In this document: piece by piece, positions 10,490 to 20,786 of the stretch | Layout of the letters: each line of letters opens with the position of its first letter | Numbering within the stretch: position 1 is the first letter of the stretch | Origin: Clostridia bacterium | GTDB taxonomy: Bacteria; Bacillota; Clostridia; JAAYHZ01 | Direction of reading: 5' to 3' | NCBI GenBank assembly: GCA_050950825.1 | Contig: JBMNIH010000002.1 | Location: forward strand, 128,001-192,000 | DNA: 64,000 bases | Notes under the pieces: model-generated | What the model was told of the DNA's origin: nothing | The model's input: only the letters and a program-made list of their open reading frames with translations | Database searches by the model: none | Translations under genes and position numbers: made by a program

Positions 10490-12405
10490 AGAATCTCCCG
10501 ATCTTCCGTTTTTTGCTTATCGGCAATATACCGTTTTGCCTGCATAGTAAACAATCGGCTGTAGGGTCCGCCGTTTTCCATCAATTGCTCATGGGTTCCC
10601 ATTTCCACTAGCTTTCCGTTCTCTAAGAACAGAACCTTTTGCGAAATGGTGGCACTGGACAAACGATGGGACACGAATATGGCCGTCTTTTCTTCCTTCA
10701 TCTCCTCCAATTGCTTGAACAAATTGTATTCGGCTTCCGCATCCATGGAAGCGGAGGGTTCGTCGAATATAAGGATTTCACCGTTTCTGAAAAAAGCTCG
10801 GGCAACGGCGATTTTCTGCCACTGTCCTACCGACAGCTCCAACCCGTTTCGGTCGAATTGTCTTGTTAACTCCGTATCGTACCCGTTTTCCAGCTTTTCT
10901 ATGAATTCATCCGCATTGCTGCTTTTCGCTGCATTTTTAATGGCCAACAAATCGTTGATGTTATCCAAATTTCCCAATGCAATGTTTTCACGGATGGAAA
11001 AAGCCAGCTTGCCGAAATCTTGAAAGACAACGGAGTAGAGCTTATACAAATCATAAGGATCGTACTCACGAATGTCCGTACCGTCCAAAAGAATTTTTCC
11101 CTCCGTAGGATCGTATAAACGAAGAAGCAGTTTCAAAAGGGTGGTTTTTCCCGCTCCGTTGTGACCTACCAACGCAACGGTTTGCCCTTCTTCGATAACA
11201 AAAGACAAATCATCCAACACCTTCTTATCCGTACCGGGATAGGAAAAGGAAACGTTTTGAAATTCGATTCTGTGCTTTTGGTTTATTTTGACCCTTTTCG
11301 GAGGTTCAACGGCGGGTTTAATCGTGATTTCTTGTTCCAAAAACTCTTTCAAATTATCAATAAACAAACTGCCTTCATAGATGCCGGAAACGGTACTCGT
11401 TATATTCACAACGGATCGTTCGATATTGGTTGCGGCTCCGGTGAAAAACGAAAAGTTTTCCAAGGAGATAATGCCCTTTAATGTACTGATGCCCATATCT
11501 ATGTACACCCAAGCCAAGGTAACCAAGGAGCATAGGCTTCCGAAACAAGTCCATTTGATAATCAATTTTTGAAGCGCTTTGGTTTGCTTGTACGCGCTTT
11601 CAAATGCCTCTTTGTACTTTTCAATCAAAAGATCGCACATGTCGTAAAGCTTGACTTCCATTACGGTATAGCGATTGGTCACCAACGAAGAGTAATAGGA
11701 CATTTTCCTTCGTTCGACGGATTGGCGTACATGGAGTCGATAGTTTCGTCCCCTAATATACATGCTGATGTACCCTACAGGGATGCTGGATATCAAGAGC
11801 AAAGCGGCGAACAAGCGGTTGTATGTTGCTACAACCGTTACAAAGCTGATGATACTGATAATCGAGGATATCAATTGATAGGACGAGTTCATTATGGAGA
11901 TGGGGCGGTTGCCGGCTTCGTTGTTGGCATTTTCCATTTTGGAATAGAATTCCGCATCGTCAAAGCAGGCCATATCGATTTCACCGGCTTTTTTCATAAT
12001 TTTAATCTTAATATTCCTGGCCAACACGTCTCCCATCAAACGGCTTAACGCCGAATTGAATGTATTCGCCAAACGGGTTGCCAATGTCAAGCCGAAATAC
12101 AAGCAGGAGTAAAGAATCAAAAGGCGAGCCGCCTCTTCCTTGAATCCGCCGGACATGCTTTCCGCCAGTATGCCGATTACTTTCTTTCCCAGCCACACCG
12201 ACGCCACAGGCTGAAGACCGGTGAACAAAACGATTCCTGCGAAAGCAAGCATGATCCACTTGTTTGTTTCCCAGATTAAGCTGTAAACGTAAAGAACTTT
12301 ATTAATCGAGTATACCGCTTTTTGAAAAAAATTACGATTATCGACGTAATCTCGGTAAGGATTCCGGGAGAGATCTTTTAATCTTATCTTATCATTATTA
12401 TCCAA
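10486..12405 (-). CDS. ABC exporter half-transporter (TMD+NBD)
   Basis: N-terminal TM helices, GHNGAGKTT, LSVGQWQKIAVAR, ILIFDEP. Confidence 0.9.
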   Translation of the reverse strand: MDNNDKIRLKDLSRNPYRDYVDNRNFFQKAVYSINKVLYVYSLIWETNKWIMLAFAGIVLFTGLQPVASVWLGKKVIGILAESMSGGFKEEAARLLILYSCLYFGLTLATRLANTFNSALSRLMGDVLARNIKIKIMKKAGEIDMACFDDAEFYSKMENANNEAGNRPISIMNSSYQLISSIISIISFVTVVATYNRLFAALLLISSIPVGYISMYIRGRNYRLHVRQSVERRKMSYYSSLVTNRYTVMEVKLYDMCDLLIEKYKEAFESAYKQTKALQKLIIKWTCFGSLCSLVTLAWVYIDMGISTLKGIISLENFSFFTGAATNIERSVVNITSTVSGIYEGSLFIDNLKEFLEQEITIKPAVEPPKRVKINQKHRIEFQNVSFSYPGTDKKVLDDLSFVIEEGQTVALVGHNGAGKTTLLKLLLRLYDPTEGKILLDGTDIREYDPYDLYKLYSVVFQDFGKLAFSIRENIALGNLDNINDLLAIKNAAKSSNADEFIEKLENGYDTELTRQFDRNGLELSVGQWQKIAVARAFFRNGEILIFDEPSASMDAEAEYNLFKQLEEMKEEKTAIFVSHRLSSATISQKVLFLENGKLVEMGTHEQLMENGGPYSRLFTMQAKRYIADKQKTEDREIL

Positions 12406-12441
12406 AACACTACTCCTTTTACCCGTTTTTTGTCGACATAC

Positions 12442-12472
12442 AAAAAATGTCGAAGCATTCTACTTCGACATT
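12442..12472 (-). terminator. Terminator after the tRNA pair
   Basis: AATGTCGAAG/CTTCGACATT stem with T run on minus strand. Confidence 0.65.
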
Positions 12473-12479
12473 CAACGGT

Positions 12480-12556
12480 TGGTGGGCCTTCAGGGACTCG
12501 AACCCCGGACCGGCCGGTTATGAGCCGGCTGCTCTAACCAACTGAGCTAAAGGCCC
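12480..12556 (-). tRNA. tRNA-Ile2 (CAT anticodon, lysidine type)
   Basis: GGGCCTTTAGCTCAGTTGGTTAGAGCAGCCGGCTCATAACCGG...GTTCGA...CCA; body resembles Ile2 rather than Met tRNAs. Confidence 0.85.
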
Positions 12557-12559
12557 GAA

Positions 12560-12635
12560 TGGCTCCCCAAGTAGGACTCGAACCTACGACCCTGCGGTTA
12601 ACAGCCGCATGCTCTACCGACTGAGCTATTGAGGA
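12560..12635 (-). tRNA. tRNA-Asn (GTT)
   Basis: TCCTCAATAGCTCAGTCGGTAGAGC..GCGGCTGTTAACCGC..GTTCGAGTCC..GCCA. Confidence 0.95.
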
Positions 12636-12673
12636 ATGTCTTGAACCCTGTTTTCCTTAAGGGCACATTCTGT

Positions 12674-12702
12674 ATTATACACATCGAGGGTAGGCAGGTC
12701 AA
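12674..12702 (-). promoter_or_regulatory. SigA promoter of tRNA-Asn/tRNA-Ile2
   Basis: TTGACC-17 nt-TATAAT. Confidence 0.8.
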
Positions 12703-12760
12703 GAGTTTTTTGTGCTTTTTTATCGTTTCCAAATCCGTTTTTCGGCCTTTTTCTTCATCG

Positions 12761-12797
12761 GCAAAAAACTCCCGACGGTTCTCGGGAGTTTTTTGCT
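12761..12797. terminator. Terminator after rpoD (symmetric)
   Basis: GCAAAAAACTCCCGA..TCGGGAGTTTTTTGC inverted repeat. Confidence 0.8.
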
Positions 12798-12836
12798 TCT
12801 ATCTTTTTATTGCTTGTTTTTTAATTTTCTTTTCCT

Positions 12837-13907
12837 TTAATCCAAATAATCCTTCAATTTTTTGCTTCGGCTGGGATGGCGCAGCTTTCTTAACGCCTTC
12901 GCTTCGATTTGGCGTATTCTTTCTCGTGTTACCCGGAATTCTCTTCCCACTTCTTCCAGCGTTCGAGCTCTTCCGTCATCCAAACCGAATCTCAAGCGCA
13001 GAACCTTTTCTTCTCTCGGTGTCAAGGTATCAAGAACATCGTTTAACTGTTCCTTCAGTAAAATATGGGCTGCCGCTTCCGCCGGAGCCGGCGCATCGTC
13101 ATCGGGAATAAAGTCGCCTAAATGGCTGTCTTCTTCTTCTCCGATAGGCGTTTCCAAAGAAACCGGTTCTTGAGATATTTTCATGATTTCTCTTACCTTT
13201 TCCACCGGTATGTCCATTTCCTCGGCAATTTCTTCCGGCTTCGGATCTCTTCCCAATTCTTGTACCAACTGTCGCGATACCCTTATCAGTTTATTAATGG
13301 TTTCAACCATATGTACGGGTATACGTATGGTTCTCGCTTGGTCGGCAATGGCTCTTGTTATGGCTTGCCGGATCCACCAGGTTGCGTATGTGCTGAACTT
13401 GTAGCCTTTGCGGTAATCGAATTTTTCGACGGCTTTAATTAGACCTAAGTTTCCTTCCTGAATCAGGTCCAAAAACTGCATACCGCGTCCCACATAGCGT
13501 TTTGCAATGCTAACCACCAAACGAAGGTTGGCTTCCGCAAGTCTTCTTTTGCATTCTTCGTCTCCCTTTTCCATTCCCTTTGCCAATTCGACTTCTTCTT
13601 CCGCCGTTAATAAATCCACTTTCCCGATCTCTTTTAAGTACATTCTTACGGGATCGTCGATAGCAATTCCTTCCGGCAGACTGAGATCAAAGTCTTCCGC
13701 TTCAAGATCCTCGGGATCCTCCGGTTCCGTTTCTCCGTCCAACGAAATCCCCGATTTCTCGATAATTTCGTATATTTCTACGATTTCTTCGGGTGAAATA
13801 TCCACCTCTTCGTATGCATCTATAATATCTTGATCGGTTAATTTCCCTGTTAGCTTTCCTTTTTCAAGAAGATCATTTAATATTGATTTTTTATCTGTAT
13901 TAACCAT
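12837..13907 (-). CDS. rpoD: RNA polymerase primary sigma factor SigA/RpoD
   Basis: [45 protein letters not shown]. Confidence 0.98.
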   Translation of the reverse strand: MVNTDKKSILNDLLEKGKLTGKLTDQDIIDAYEEVDISPEEIVEIYEIIEKSGISLDGETEPEDPEDLEAEDFDLSLPEGIAIDDPVRMYLKEIGKVDLLTAEEEVELAKGMEKGDEECKRRLAEANLRLVVSIAKRYVGRGMQFLDLIQEGNLGLIKAVEKFDYRKGYKFSTYATWWIRQAITRAIADQARTIRIPVHMVETINKLIRVSRQLVQELGRDPKPEEIAEEMDIPVEKVREIMKISQEPVSLETPIGEEEDSHLGDFIPDDDAPAPAEAAAHILLKEQLNDVLDTLTPREEKVLRLRFGLDDGRARTLEEVGREFRVTRERIRQIEAKALRKLRHPSRSKKLKDYLD

Positions 13908-14005
13908 ATTTTCCCTCCGGTCGTTCTTTTATATCTATTCCGAAATTCGTTCCCTTAAGCCTATTTTTTATATTTTCCGATTTATCGACGCAATCTATAC
14001 TGATT

Positions 14006-15763
14006 TTATCGCTTTAATTTTTTCAGTTCGCGGTTTAAAATAGCAAACTCATTTTTCAATTTTTCACGGGTTTCATCGTCCCTTGTATTCTTCAAAGCCG
14101 CAAGCACTTCGTTGTATTGCCTTTCGGTTTTTGCCAGCCGATGCTTTCGAATCGCTTCGTCGATGGCTTTTTCGATCAACTCCTTGGATTCGAAGTGGGT
14201 CGTTTGAAGCACTTGGGCAAACAATGCGGCCTTGTTTTCATCGACCATCTGCATCAGCATTGCCGGCGTCACCGTTTTTTTATCCCGGTAACTTCGGAGC
14301 ATTTCTTTGAAAATCAGCAAATGGTCGTTATCTTCAAAAAACGAATCTCCTTCCTTTTCATAAAATTCGGGTATGTAATCGTTATCCATCGCTAACAGAA
14401 TCAACAATCGTCGTTCGTTTTCCGTCCCGTCGTTTTTACTCTCAACGGAAGGAAAACTCAAAGGATTCGACGGAGGCTGCACATTTTTTGTTGTATACAT
14501 TTTTTCGTCTTTGTATACTTCGGACAGTATTGCCTCCGGGGAAATATCGTAGTCTTGAGCGATTTTTTTCCCGTACATCTCCACTTCCATCCGATTGTCG
14601 ATCTTTGACAACGCTTCGGCAACCATTTTCAGAAAACGGACCTTTCCCGCCGTGGTTTCCATGTCGCATTGCTTTTTAAAAACCTTCGCCTTGTATTCCA
14701 CCAGCGAGTCCGCTTTTTCAATCAGTTTTCTGAAGGCTCCCGCACCTTCTTTTTTAATAAAATCGTCGGGGTCCTTTCCTTCCGGAATAGTAATGACCTT
14801 CACATTACATCCCTTTTCGGCCAAGGTATCCATTCCCTTTAATGTTGCCGTTTGTCCCGCCAAATCGGCATCGTAGCAAATGATCACATTATCCGTATAT
14901 CTTTTTAAAAGCAAGGCTTGTCTTGCCGTTAGAGCCGTTCCTAAAGAAGCCACCACATTATCGATTCCGGCTTGGTACAGCGAAATGGCGTCCATGTAGC
15001 CCTCCACAATAACCATGTCGTTTTGTTCGGATTTCCTTGCAAAATTCAGGCCGTACAGGTTTTCCTTTTTCCTGTAGCATGCCGTTTCGGGAGAGTTGAT
15101 ATATTTCGGTAACCCGTTGTCCAATACTCTCCCTCCAAATGCAATGACATTTCCTCGAACATCAAAAATGGGAAACATCAGCCTATTTCGAAACCGATCA
15201 ATAAGGGTCTTGCTCCTCGTTCTTATACCTAAGCCCGCCGCAAGAATATCTTCTTCCGTGTAGCCCTTCGACAACAAATGCTTGATCAACAGATCCCATG
15301 AATCCGGTGCGAATCCCAATCCGAATTTTTTCACGGTAGCCGGCATGATCTGCCTTTTCTTTATATACTCCAGCGCCTCCTTTCCGTAGGCTGATCTTAA
15401 GTTTTTATGAAAAAACCGGGCTGCAACCGTATTCATTTCGATGATTTTGTTAACAAGCTTCGCCTTTTTTACATCGCCTTTTTCTTCTTTTTCCGGCAAT
15501 TCCACTCCGGTCTTGTCCGATAAATATTTTAAGGCGTCGTAATAGTCCAAACCTTCTTTCGTTCGGATAAAGGTAATGACATTACCTCCTCTTTTACAGC
15601 CAAAGCAATAATAGGTTTGCTTTTCTCGGCTGACATGAAACGACGGGGTTTTCTCACCGTGGAAGGGACATAATCCGACATATTCGTTACCTTGCCTTTT
15701 CAGTGTCGTATAATCGGATATAATGTCCACTATATCAATTTTGCTTAAAAAATCGTCGCTCAT
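14006..15763 (-). CDS. dnaG: DNA primase
   Basis: CPFHGEKTPSF zinc finger, KYINSPET, VEGYMD, YDADLAG Toprim. Confidence 0.97.
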   Translation of the reverse strand: MSDDFLSKIDIVDIISDYTTLKRQGNEYVGLCPFHGEKTPSFHVSREKQTYYCFGCKRGGNVITFIRTKEGLDYYDALKYLSDKTGVELPEKEEKGDVKKAKLVNKIIEMNTVAARFFHKNLRSAYGKEALEYIKKRQIMPATVKKFGLGFAPDSWDLLIKHLLSKGYTEEDILAAGLGIRTRSKTLIDRFRNRLMFPIFDVRGNVIAFGGRVLDNGLPKYINSPETACYRKKENLYGLNFARKSEQNDMVIVEGYMDAISLYQAGIDNVVASLGTALTARQALLLKRYTDNVIICYDADLAGQTATLKGMDTLAEKGCNVKVITIPEGKDPDDFIKKEGAGAFRKLIEKADSLVEYKAKVFKKQCDMETTAGKVRFLKMVAEALSKIDNRMEVEMYGKKIAQDYDISPEAILSEVYKDEKMYTTKNVQPPSNPLSFPSVESKNDGTENERRLLILLAMDNDYIPEFYEKEGDSFFEDNDHLLIFKEMLRSYRDKKTVTPAMLMQMVDENKAALFAQVLQTTHFESKELIEKAIDEAIRKHRLAKTERQYNEVLAALKNTRDDETREKLKNEFAILNRELKKLKR

Positions 15764-15821
15764 ATCTCTCTCCCGATAATACTCGCACGCATAGATACAT
15801 AGCTGTCACTAAAGTAATATA

Positions 15822-15847
15822 ATTCGACAAGCATTAAAAATATCCTT
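15822..15847 (-). promoter_or_regulatory. SigH-type promoter upstream of dnaG-rpoD, overlapping a TGTCGAA 0A-like heptamer
   Basis: AGGATAT-11 nt-GTCGAAT matches the SigH consensus; the Bacillus sigA operon has SigH promoters. Confidence 0.55.
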
Positions 15848-15906
15848 CTTTTACGAAGAGAAATCAAATCTATGTTCTATTTCTTTATTCACGGATTTTC
15901 CCTATT

Positions 15907-16926
15907 TTATACATCGATACTCATCCAAAATTTAGGAACGAAGTATTTTTCAAATATTTTAACGGCAAAACGGTCGGTCATTCCGGCAATATAGTCGCAT
16001 ATCGTTCTTTCTTTCGGAACGTTTTTACTCGTAAATTCCAATTCCTTTTCTACGACTTCGAAATTCTTATCCAAATACATATACAAATATTCTAGCATAT
16101 TTTCCGCCTTTTTTTCTTCCTTTTTTGCAATGGAATCCACGTATACGTATTCAAACATAAAATTTCGCAAAGCTTCCATAGCCTCGAAAAACTCTTTACT
16201 CATAACGATATCGTTTGTTTCTTTGCTGTTTTGAACGATGTTTTTTACCATGAAGTCGATTCTTTCGCCGATGGTTTTGCCAAACATCTTTACACACTCT
16301 TTCGGAATCTGCTGTGCCGTAATGACCTTTCCGGAGATAGCGTCTTCGATATCGTGGTTAATGTAGGCGATGCGGTCAGCCATCCGAACGACTCTTCCCT
16401 CTAGAGTACACGGCAGGTTGTCGCCGGTATGGTTTAATATACCGTCTCGAACCTCGAATGTCAAGTTCAACCCTTTCCCCGCCTCCAATGCGTCCACAAC
16501 CCTGAGACTGTGTTCGTTGTGTTTGAATCCCAATGGACAGATTCGGTTTAATACTCTTTCCCCGGCATGGCCGAAGGGGGTATGTCCGATATCGTGTCCG
16601 AGGGAAATGGCTTCCGTCAAATCCTCGTTAAGCCTTAAGCAGCGGGCTATGGTTCTTGCGATCTGTGAAACCTCCAATGTATGGGTAAGTCTTGTTCGAT
16701 AGTGATCTCCTTCCGGAGATATAAAGACTTGGGTTTTATGCTTCAATCTCCTGAATGCTTTGCTGTATAAAATACGATCTCGATCCCTTTGAAAATCCGT
16801 TCGGATTTCACATTTGGTTTCCGTATCGTATAGCCTCCCTTTGGAATTCTTACTCAAGGTGGCCAAGGGAGATAAATATTGCTCTTCAAAACTCTCTCTT
16901 TCTATTCTTAAGTTCAGGAGAATCAC
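15907..16926 (-). CDS. dgt: Deoxyguanosinetriphosphate triphosphohydrolase-like HD protein
   Basis: FQRDRDRI, RTRLTHTLEV, HDIGHTPFGHAGE, DYIAGMTD. Confidence 0.93.
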   Translation of the reverse strand: MILLNLRIERESFEEQYLSPLATLSKNSKGRLYDTETKCEIRTDFQRDRDRILYSKAFRRLKHKTQVFISPEGDHYRTRLTHTLEVSQIARTIARCLRLNEDLTEAISLGHDIGHTPFGHAGERVLNRICPLGFKHNEHSLRVVDALEAGKGLNLTFEVRDGILNHTGDNLPCTLEGRVVRMADRIAYINHDIEDAISGKVITAQQIPKECVKMFGKTIGERIDFMVKNIVQNSKETNDIVMSKEFFEAMEALRNFMFEYVYVDSIAKKEEKKAENMLEYLYMYLDKNFEVVEKELEFTSKNVPKERTICDYIAGMTDRFAVKIFEKYFVPKFWMSIDV

Positions 16927-17157
16927 CGCCTTTTTTTATGACTTTAACAACCTATCTTCTATTCATATTTTTTCAATACATTTTATCAAATTCCTTTTCT
17001 TTTTCCTATTTATATGCATGTTTTCTTCGATAAAAAATTAAAAAAATCCTTCTTCGACAAAAAGACAAAAAACCAAGAAAAAAAGGTAGCGAAGCTTCTC
17101 AAACGGTTTGACCATGCTTCACTACCTCTTTATTCTTATGTCACGATGCTTTGATAT

Positions 17158-17442
17158 TTATGCGAAACGTAAATCTTGAATAACTTCATATACAGACACA
17201 GGGGTGACGATGTGTCTTTTCAAAAGCGAGACCAGCCAATGAATCTCTTCCTCGTCACCGGTGTACTCCTCAATTCTCACCGACTCTAACTCGGTATCTT
17301 GAATTTTCTTCTTGACTTCGAAGCCGTAAACAGGATTTGCCGAATTATCACCCTTTTCCGTTACCAATATATGGTATTCCAGTGTGTAGCAGTTGGTATC
17401 TTCGCAGATAAATGACTCTTTTCCGATGATAATGTTCTTCAT
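17158..17442 (-). CDS. Small clostridial protein (DUF6514-like)
   Basis: LEYHIL...YGFEV...VTPVSVYEVIQD pattern; GGAG SD. Confidence 0.6.
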   Translation of the reverse strand: MKNIIIGKESFICEDTNCYTLEYHILVTEKGDNSANPVYGFEVKKKIQDTELESVRIEEYTGDEEEIHWLVSLLKRHIVTPVSVYEVIQDLRFA

Positions 17443-17660
17443 ACGATCCCACTCCTATCAATAAGTTTGTCTTAACCACAACATATATGGTTTATCACGC
17501 GTGACACCTACATTATAATGTGTTGTACTCCAATTGTATAGAACAACTTATCGACAAATATCGAGGAATTTTCAAAAATCTCGTACAATTGTCGTCAGAA
17601 TTGTAGAATTTTGTCGAATTTATACCCATTTTTGTCGTACAATTTTGAAATATCATAAAG

Positions 17661-18905
17661 TTATATATAGTTTTTTCTGTTCTTCACCCAATTATTTTTA
17701 ATTATTTCCAATTTTCTCGTTATTATTTCCAAAGATTCTCCGTTAATCAACATGGAATAAAAGGTCTTAATCAGGGAATGAATCGTACTTTCCTTCTCGA
17801 TACCGCAGACGATTTCGATGGCATTGTCAATACCTTGTTCTTCAACGATTTTTGTAACCTGTTCGGATCCGGGATCGTCCTTACCGCGGAATAAAAATCC
17901 GGAAGCGATTCCCAGACATATGGCCGTCGGCAGAATATCGTTTTTCATGCATAGCTTTGCCGCTCCCGCCAAACGATCCTCGGGAGAAAGCTTTCTTTTT
18001 GTGTCTCTTCCTACGCGGTCCACCGTATCTCCTAACAGCGGGTTTTGAAAACGATACAGCAAATCTTCGCCGTGGCAAATCAATTCCTTCATATCAACCG
18101 AATGCTCTTGTGCTAACGCCATAGAGGATTCCAACAACGCTTTTGTCACCGGTACTTTGACGGAAGGATCCTCGCAGGCTTGCCATAAAGCTTCGTATCC
18201 TTTGTATTTCCCCAAGTAAGCCGTCATTGCGTGGGCCATGTTATGCATGTACAGTTTGCGTTGAATATAAAAGTCGAAGGGCTCATACGGAACCATATTT
18301 TTTACATATGGTATTGATCCTTTGAATCCTTTTTTATCGACGGGAACCACGTTATACTCTTCCACATAAACCCTTAACGGATTATCGCCCTTCATTTCGT
18401 CTGTCATCACCGGAACCATTCTTCCGATGGACGCTTCCACCAATCCGATATTTTCATCGAACCAAGGATGCATACTTTCGGGAAGCTTGTCCTTTAACAG
18501 CTTTTCCAAAAATTTATCGGCACCGATCAAGTTTTCACAAATGATAATATTCAAAGGCTCGGAATTTTTCATCTCAAATCTTTTTGCGATGCCTGCCGCA
18601 ATGGGACCCGCAATATAGGGCAACACATTCACCCCTACGGCGGTCGCCATAACATCGGCGGCGGCTATCGTTTCCGCAGTCATTTCCACGTTTTTCCCGT
18701 TTACCGCGCTTACGTTTTTAACCGTTATTTCTTCATATCCGTCTCTTCGTGCTATTTTTACGGGATAACATCCGTCTTTGTTTAAACGGTCCACAACGGA
18801 ATCCGCAATGTCGATAAAAACAACATGATAACCGGATTCGCTGAACAATTGACCGATAAAACCTCTTCCGATATTACCTGCACCGTACATTACCGCTTTC
18901 TTCAT
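17661..18905 (-). CDS. Mannitol-1-phosphate 5-dehydrogenase family protein
   Basis: MYGAGNIGRGFIG, TAVG, ICEN, RKLYMHN, RVGRD..RKL..DRL. Confidence 0.85.
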   Translation of the reverse strand: MKKAVMYGAGNIGRGFIGQLFSESGYHVVFIDIADSVVDRLNKDGCYPVKIARRDGYEEITVKNVSAVNGKNVEMTAETIAAADVMATAVGVNVLPYIAGPIAAGIAKRFEMKNSEPLNIIICENLIGADKFLEKLLKDKLPESMHPWFDENIGLVEASIGRMVPVMTDEMKGDNPLRVYVEEYNVVPVDKKGFKGSIPYVKNMVPYEPFDFYIQRKLYMHNMAHAMTAYLGKYKGYEALWQACEDPSVKVPVTKALLESSMALAQEHSVDMKELICHGEDLLYRFQNPLLGDTVDRVGRDTKRKLSPEDRLAGAAKLCMKNDILPTAICLGIASGFLFRGKDDPGSEQVTKIVEEQGIDNAIEIVCGIEKESTIHSLIKTFYSMLINGESLEIITRKLEIIKNNWVKNRKNYI

Positions 18906-19042
18906 TCTATCGCAACCTCCCATAGGATTTTGCCGTTATTATGCATATTGTTTACAAAAAGACAACATATTTATTTTACATCAACCGGATTTTTCAAACA
19001 AGGTTTTTAAAGTTAAAAAAATAAGGCTTTTTGAAAAGCCCG

Positions 19043-20188
19043 CTACCGTTTTCGAACCATCCGTTCCAGTGCATCCAAAGCGTAATCGATTTCGTTAATG
19101 TGGTTGTATATACCGAAGCTGAATCGCACCAAGCCCTTATCCTCCGTTTTTAAGTAGCGATGCAAGTTCGGAGAGCAGTGAAATCCTCCTCTTGCGCATA
19201 TACCGTAGTTCGAGCTTAATATATGAACGGCTTCTTGAGAATCCATTCCGTCGATATCGAAAGATACGATACCGCAATTGTCTTCAGGAACATAAGGGGT
19301 AATCCCCTTGATATTCTCCAATCCCATCAACATGCGGCTTATCAATGTCTTTTTATGACGATGAATTTTTTCCGAGCCGATGTTGCTTACGATTCGAACT
19401 CCTTCCGTCAGCCCAACGATTCCGGGAAGATTTAAGGTGCCGGCTTCCAACATGTCGGGGCTTACGTTTGCAGGATCCGGGAGCATACTGTCGGTTCCCG
19501 TTCCTCCGTAAAGAATCGGTATTAAATCAAATTCGTTCGTGCATACGAACCCGGTGCCTTGAGGGCCGTACAAATCCTTATGACCGGTTCCTACAAGGAC
19601 ATGGATGTTGTTTTCGATCATATCCGGACGAAGTGTTCCGGCTCCTTGGGATACGTCGACAACAAAGAACAATCGGCGGTCCTTGCACAGCTCCCCGATT
19701 TCCTTCACGGGCAGAATGTAGCCCGTAATGTTCGAAGCCAATGAAACAATGACCGCCAGCGTATTTTTTTGAATCTTGCTTTCAATATCCTTCGGGTAGA
19801 TACGGCCGTACGGATCGGGCAAGCATATGTCGTAGCTTAACAGGCCTTTTTTTGCATAGTGATACACGGGTCTTATTACCGAGTTGTGTTCATAGGATGT
19901 GAATACCACATGACCTTTCATGGCAGCCAAGGTTCCGATGACCATATTAAGTCCTTCGGTTGCATTTTTCATAAATACCGTCTTCAAAGGATCCTTTCCG
20001 TTGAAAAACTCCGTTAAGGCCAATCGTCCTCGGAACACCGCCTCATCCGAAAGCATCGCCAAAGAATGTCCGCTTCGTCCGGGATTAGCACAGAAATTTT
20101 CCATGCAGGACGTCATGGCCGATATTACGGAAGCGGGTTTCGGAAAAGTGGTGGCTGCATTATCGAAGTAGATCGTTCTTTTTCTCAT
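19043..20188 (-). CDS. Cysteine desulfurase family aminotransferase class V
   Basis: IYFDNAATTFPKP, GHKDLYGPQGTG, EAGTLN, RGGFHC. Confidence 0.9.
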   Translation of the reverse strand: MRKRTIYFDNAATTFPKPASVISAMTSCMENFCANPGRSGHSLAMLSDEAVFRGRLALTEFFNGKDPLKTVFMKNATEGLNMVIGTLAAMKGHVVFTSYEHNSVIRPVYHYAKKGLLSYDICLPDPYGRIYPKDIESKIQKNTLAVIVSLASNITGYILPVKEIGELCKDRRLFFVVDVSQGAGTLRPDMIENNIHVLVGTGHKDLYGPQGTGFVCTNEFDLIPILYGGTGTDSMLPDPANVSPDMLEAGTLNLPGIVGLTEGVRIVSNIGSEKIHRHKKTLISRMLMGLENIKGITPYVPEDNCGIVSFDIDGMDSQEAVHILSSNYGICARGGFHCSPNLHRYLKTEDKGLVRFSFGIYNHINEIDYALDALERMVRKR

Positions 20189-20209
20189 AATAAAAACACC
20201 TGTTGTTCG

Positions 20210-20785
20210 TTACATTAAGACCGGTTGGTATTGTTTTTTCTCAAGAGCCGATTCCATCACGGGTTTTAGCAGCTCAAAGTTTGCTATCAGCGAGTTTTTC
20301 TTGCTGTGAGGTGCATCTTGTTTAAAAGGAATAAAATAGATATTTTTCATGTTCATCAAAAGTCCGATATTCTTTAAATTGGCTCCTAAGCCGTCGTTGG
20401 TAGACAGTCCTAAAACTACCGGCCGGTCGTTTCGAAGATGGGCTTTGACGGCCATGGTAACCGAAGAATCGGTTATCCCGTTGGCCAATTTGGCCAAGGT
20501 GTTTCCGGTACAGGGTATTACGGCAAGAATGTCGAGAAGCTTATTGGGACCGATCGGTTCCGCTTCCTTAATACTCGTTATGACTTTTTTATCGGTTAGA
20601 ATCTCCAACGTACGGATTAATTCGTCCGCTTGGATAAATCTCGTATTGGTGACGGATACGATTTCCGATAGGATGGGATAAACATCGCATCCTTCCTTCA
20701 CGAGGTCTTCCACCACGGGAAGGACTTGGGGAATGGTGCAAAAGGATCCTGTCATGGCGACTCCCACTTTTAAGTTTTTTAACAT
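20210..20785 (-). CDS. dpaB: Dipicolinate synthase subunit B
   Basis: TGSFCT, AEPIGP, PCTGNTLAKLANG, KAHLRN. Confidence 0.95.
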   Translation of the reverse strand: MLKNLKVGVAMTGSFCTIPQVLPVVEDLVKEGCDVYPILSEIVSVTNTRFIQADELIRTLEILTDKKVITSIKEAEPIGPNKLLDILAVIPCTGNTLAKLANGITDSSVTMAVKAHLRNDRPVVLGLSTNDGLGANLKNIGLLMNMKNIYFIPFKQDAPHSKKNSLIANFELLKPVMESALEKKQYQPVLM

Positions 20786-20786
20786 T

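Noticed and set aside
12480-12556. tRNA-Met call for the CAT anticodon tRNA
   Set aside because: The body sequence resembles tRNA-Ile2 and lacks initiator features
17478-17495. NrdR-like box upstream of the DUF6514-like gene
   Set aside because: Four mismatches to consensus and no partner box
17661-18905. Orphan mannitol-1-phosphate dehydrogenase as a novel pathway
   Set aside because: PTS genes may lie elsewhere in the genome; nothing else unusual is visible
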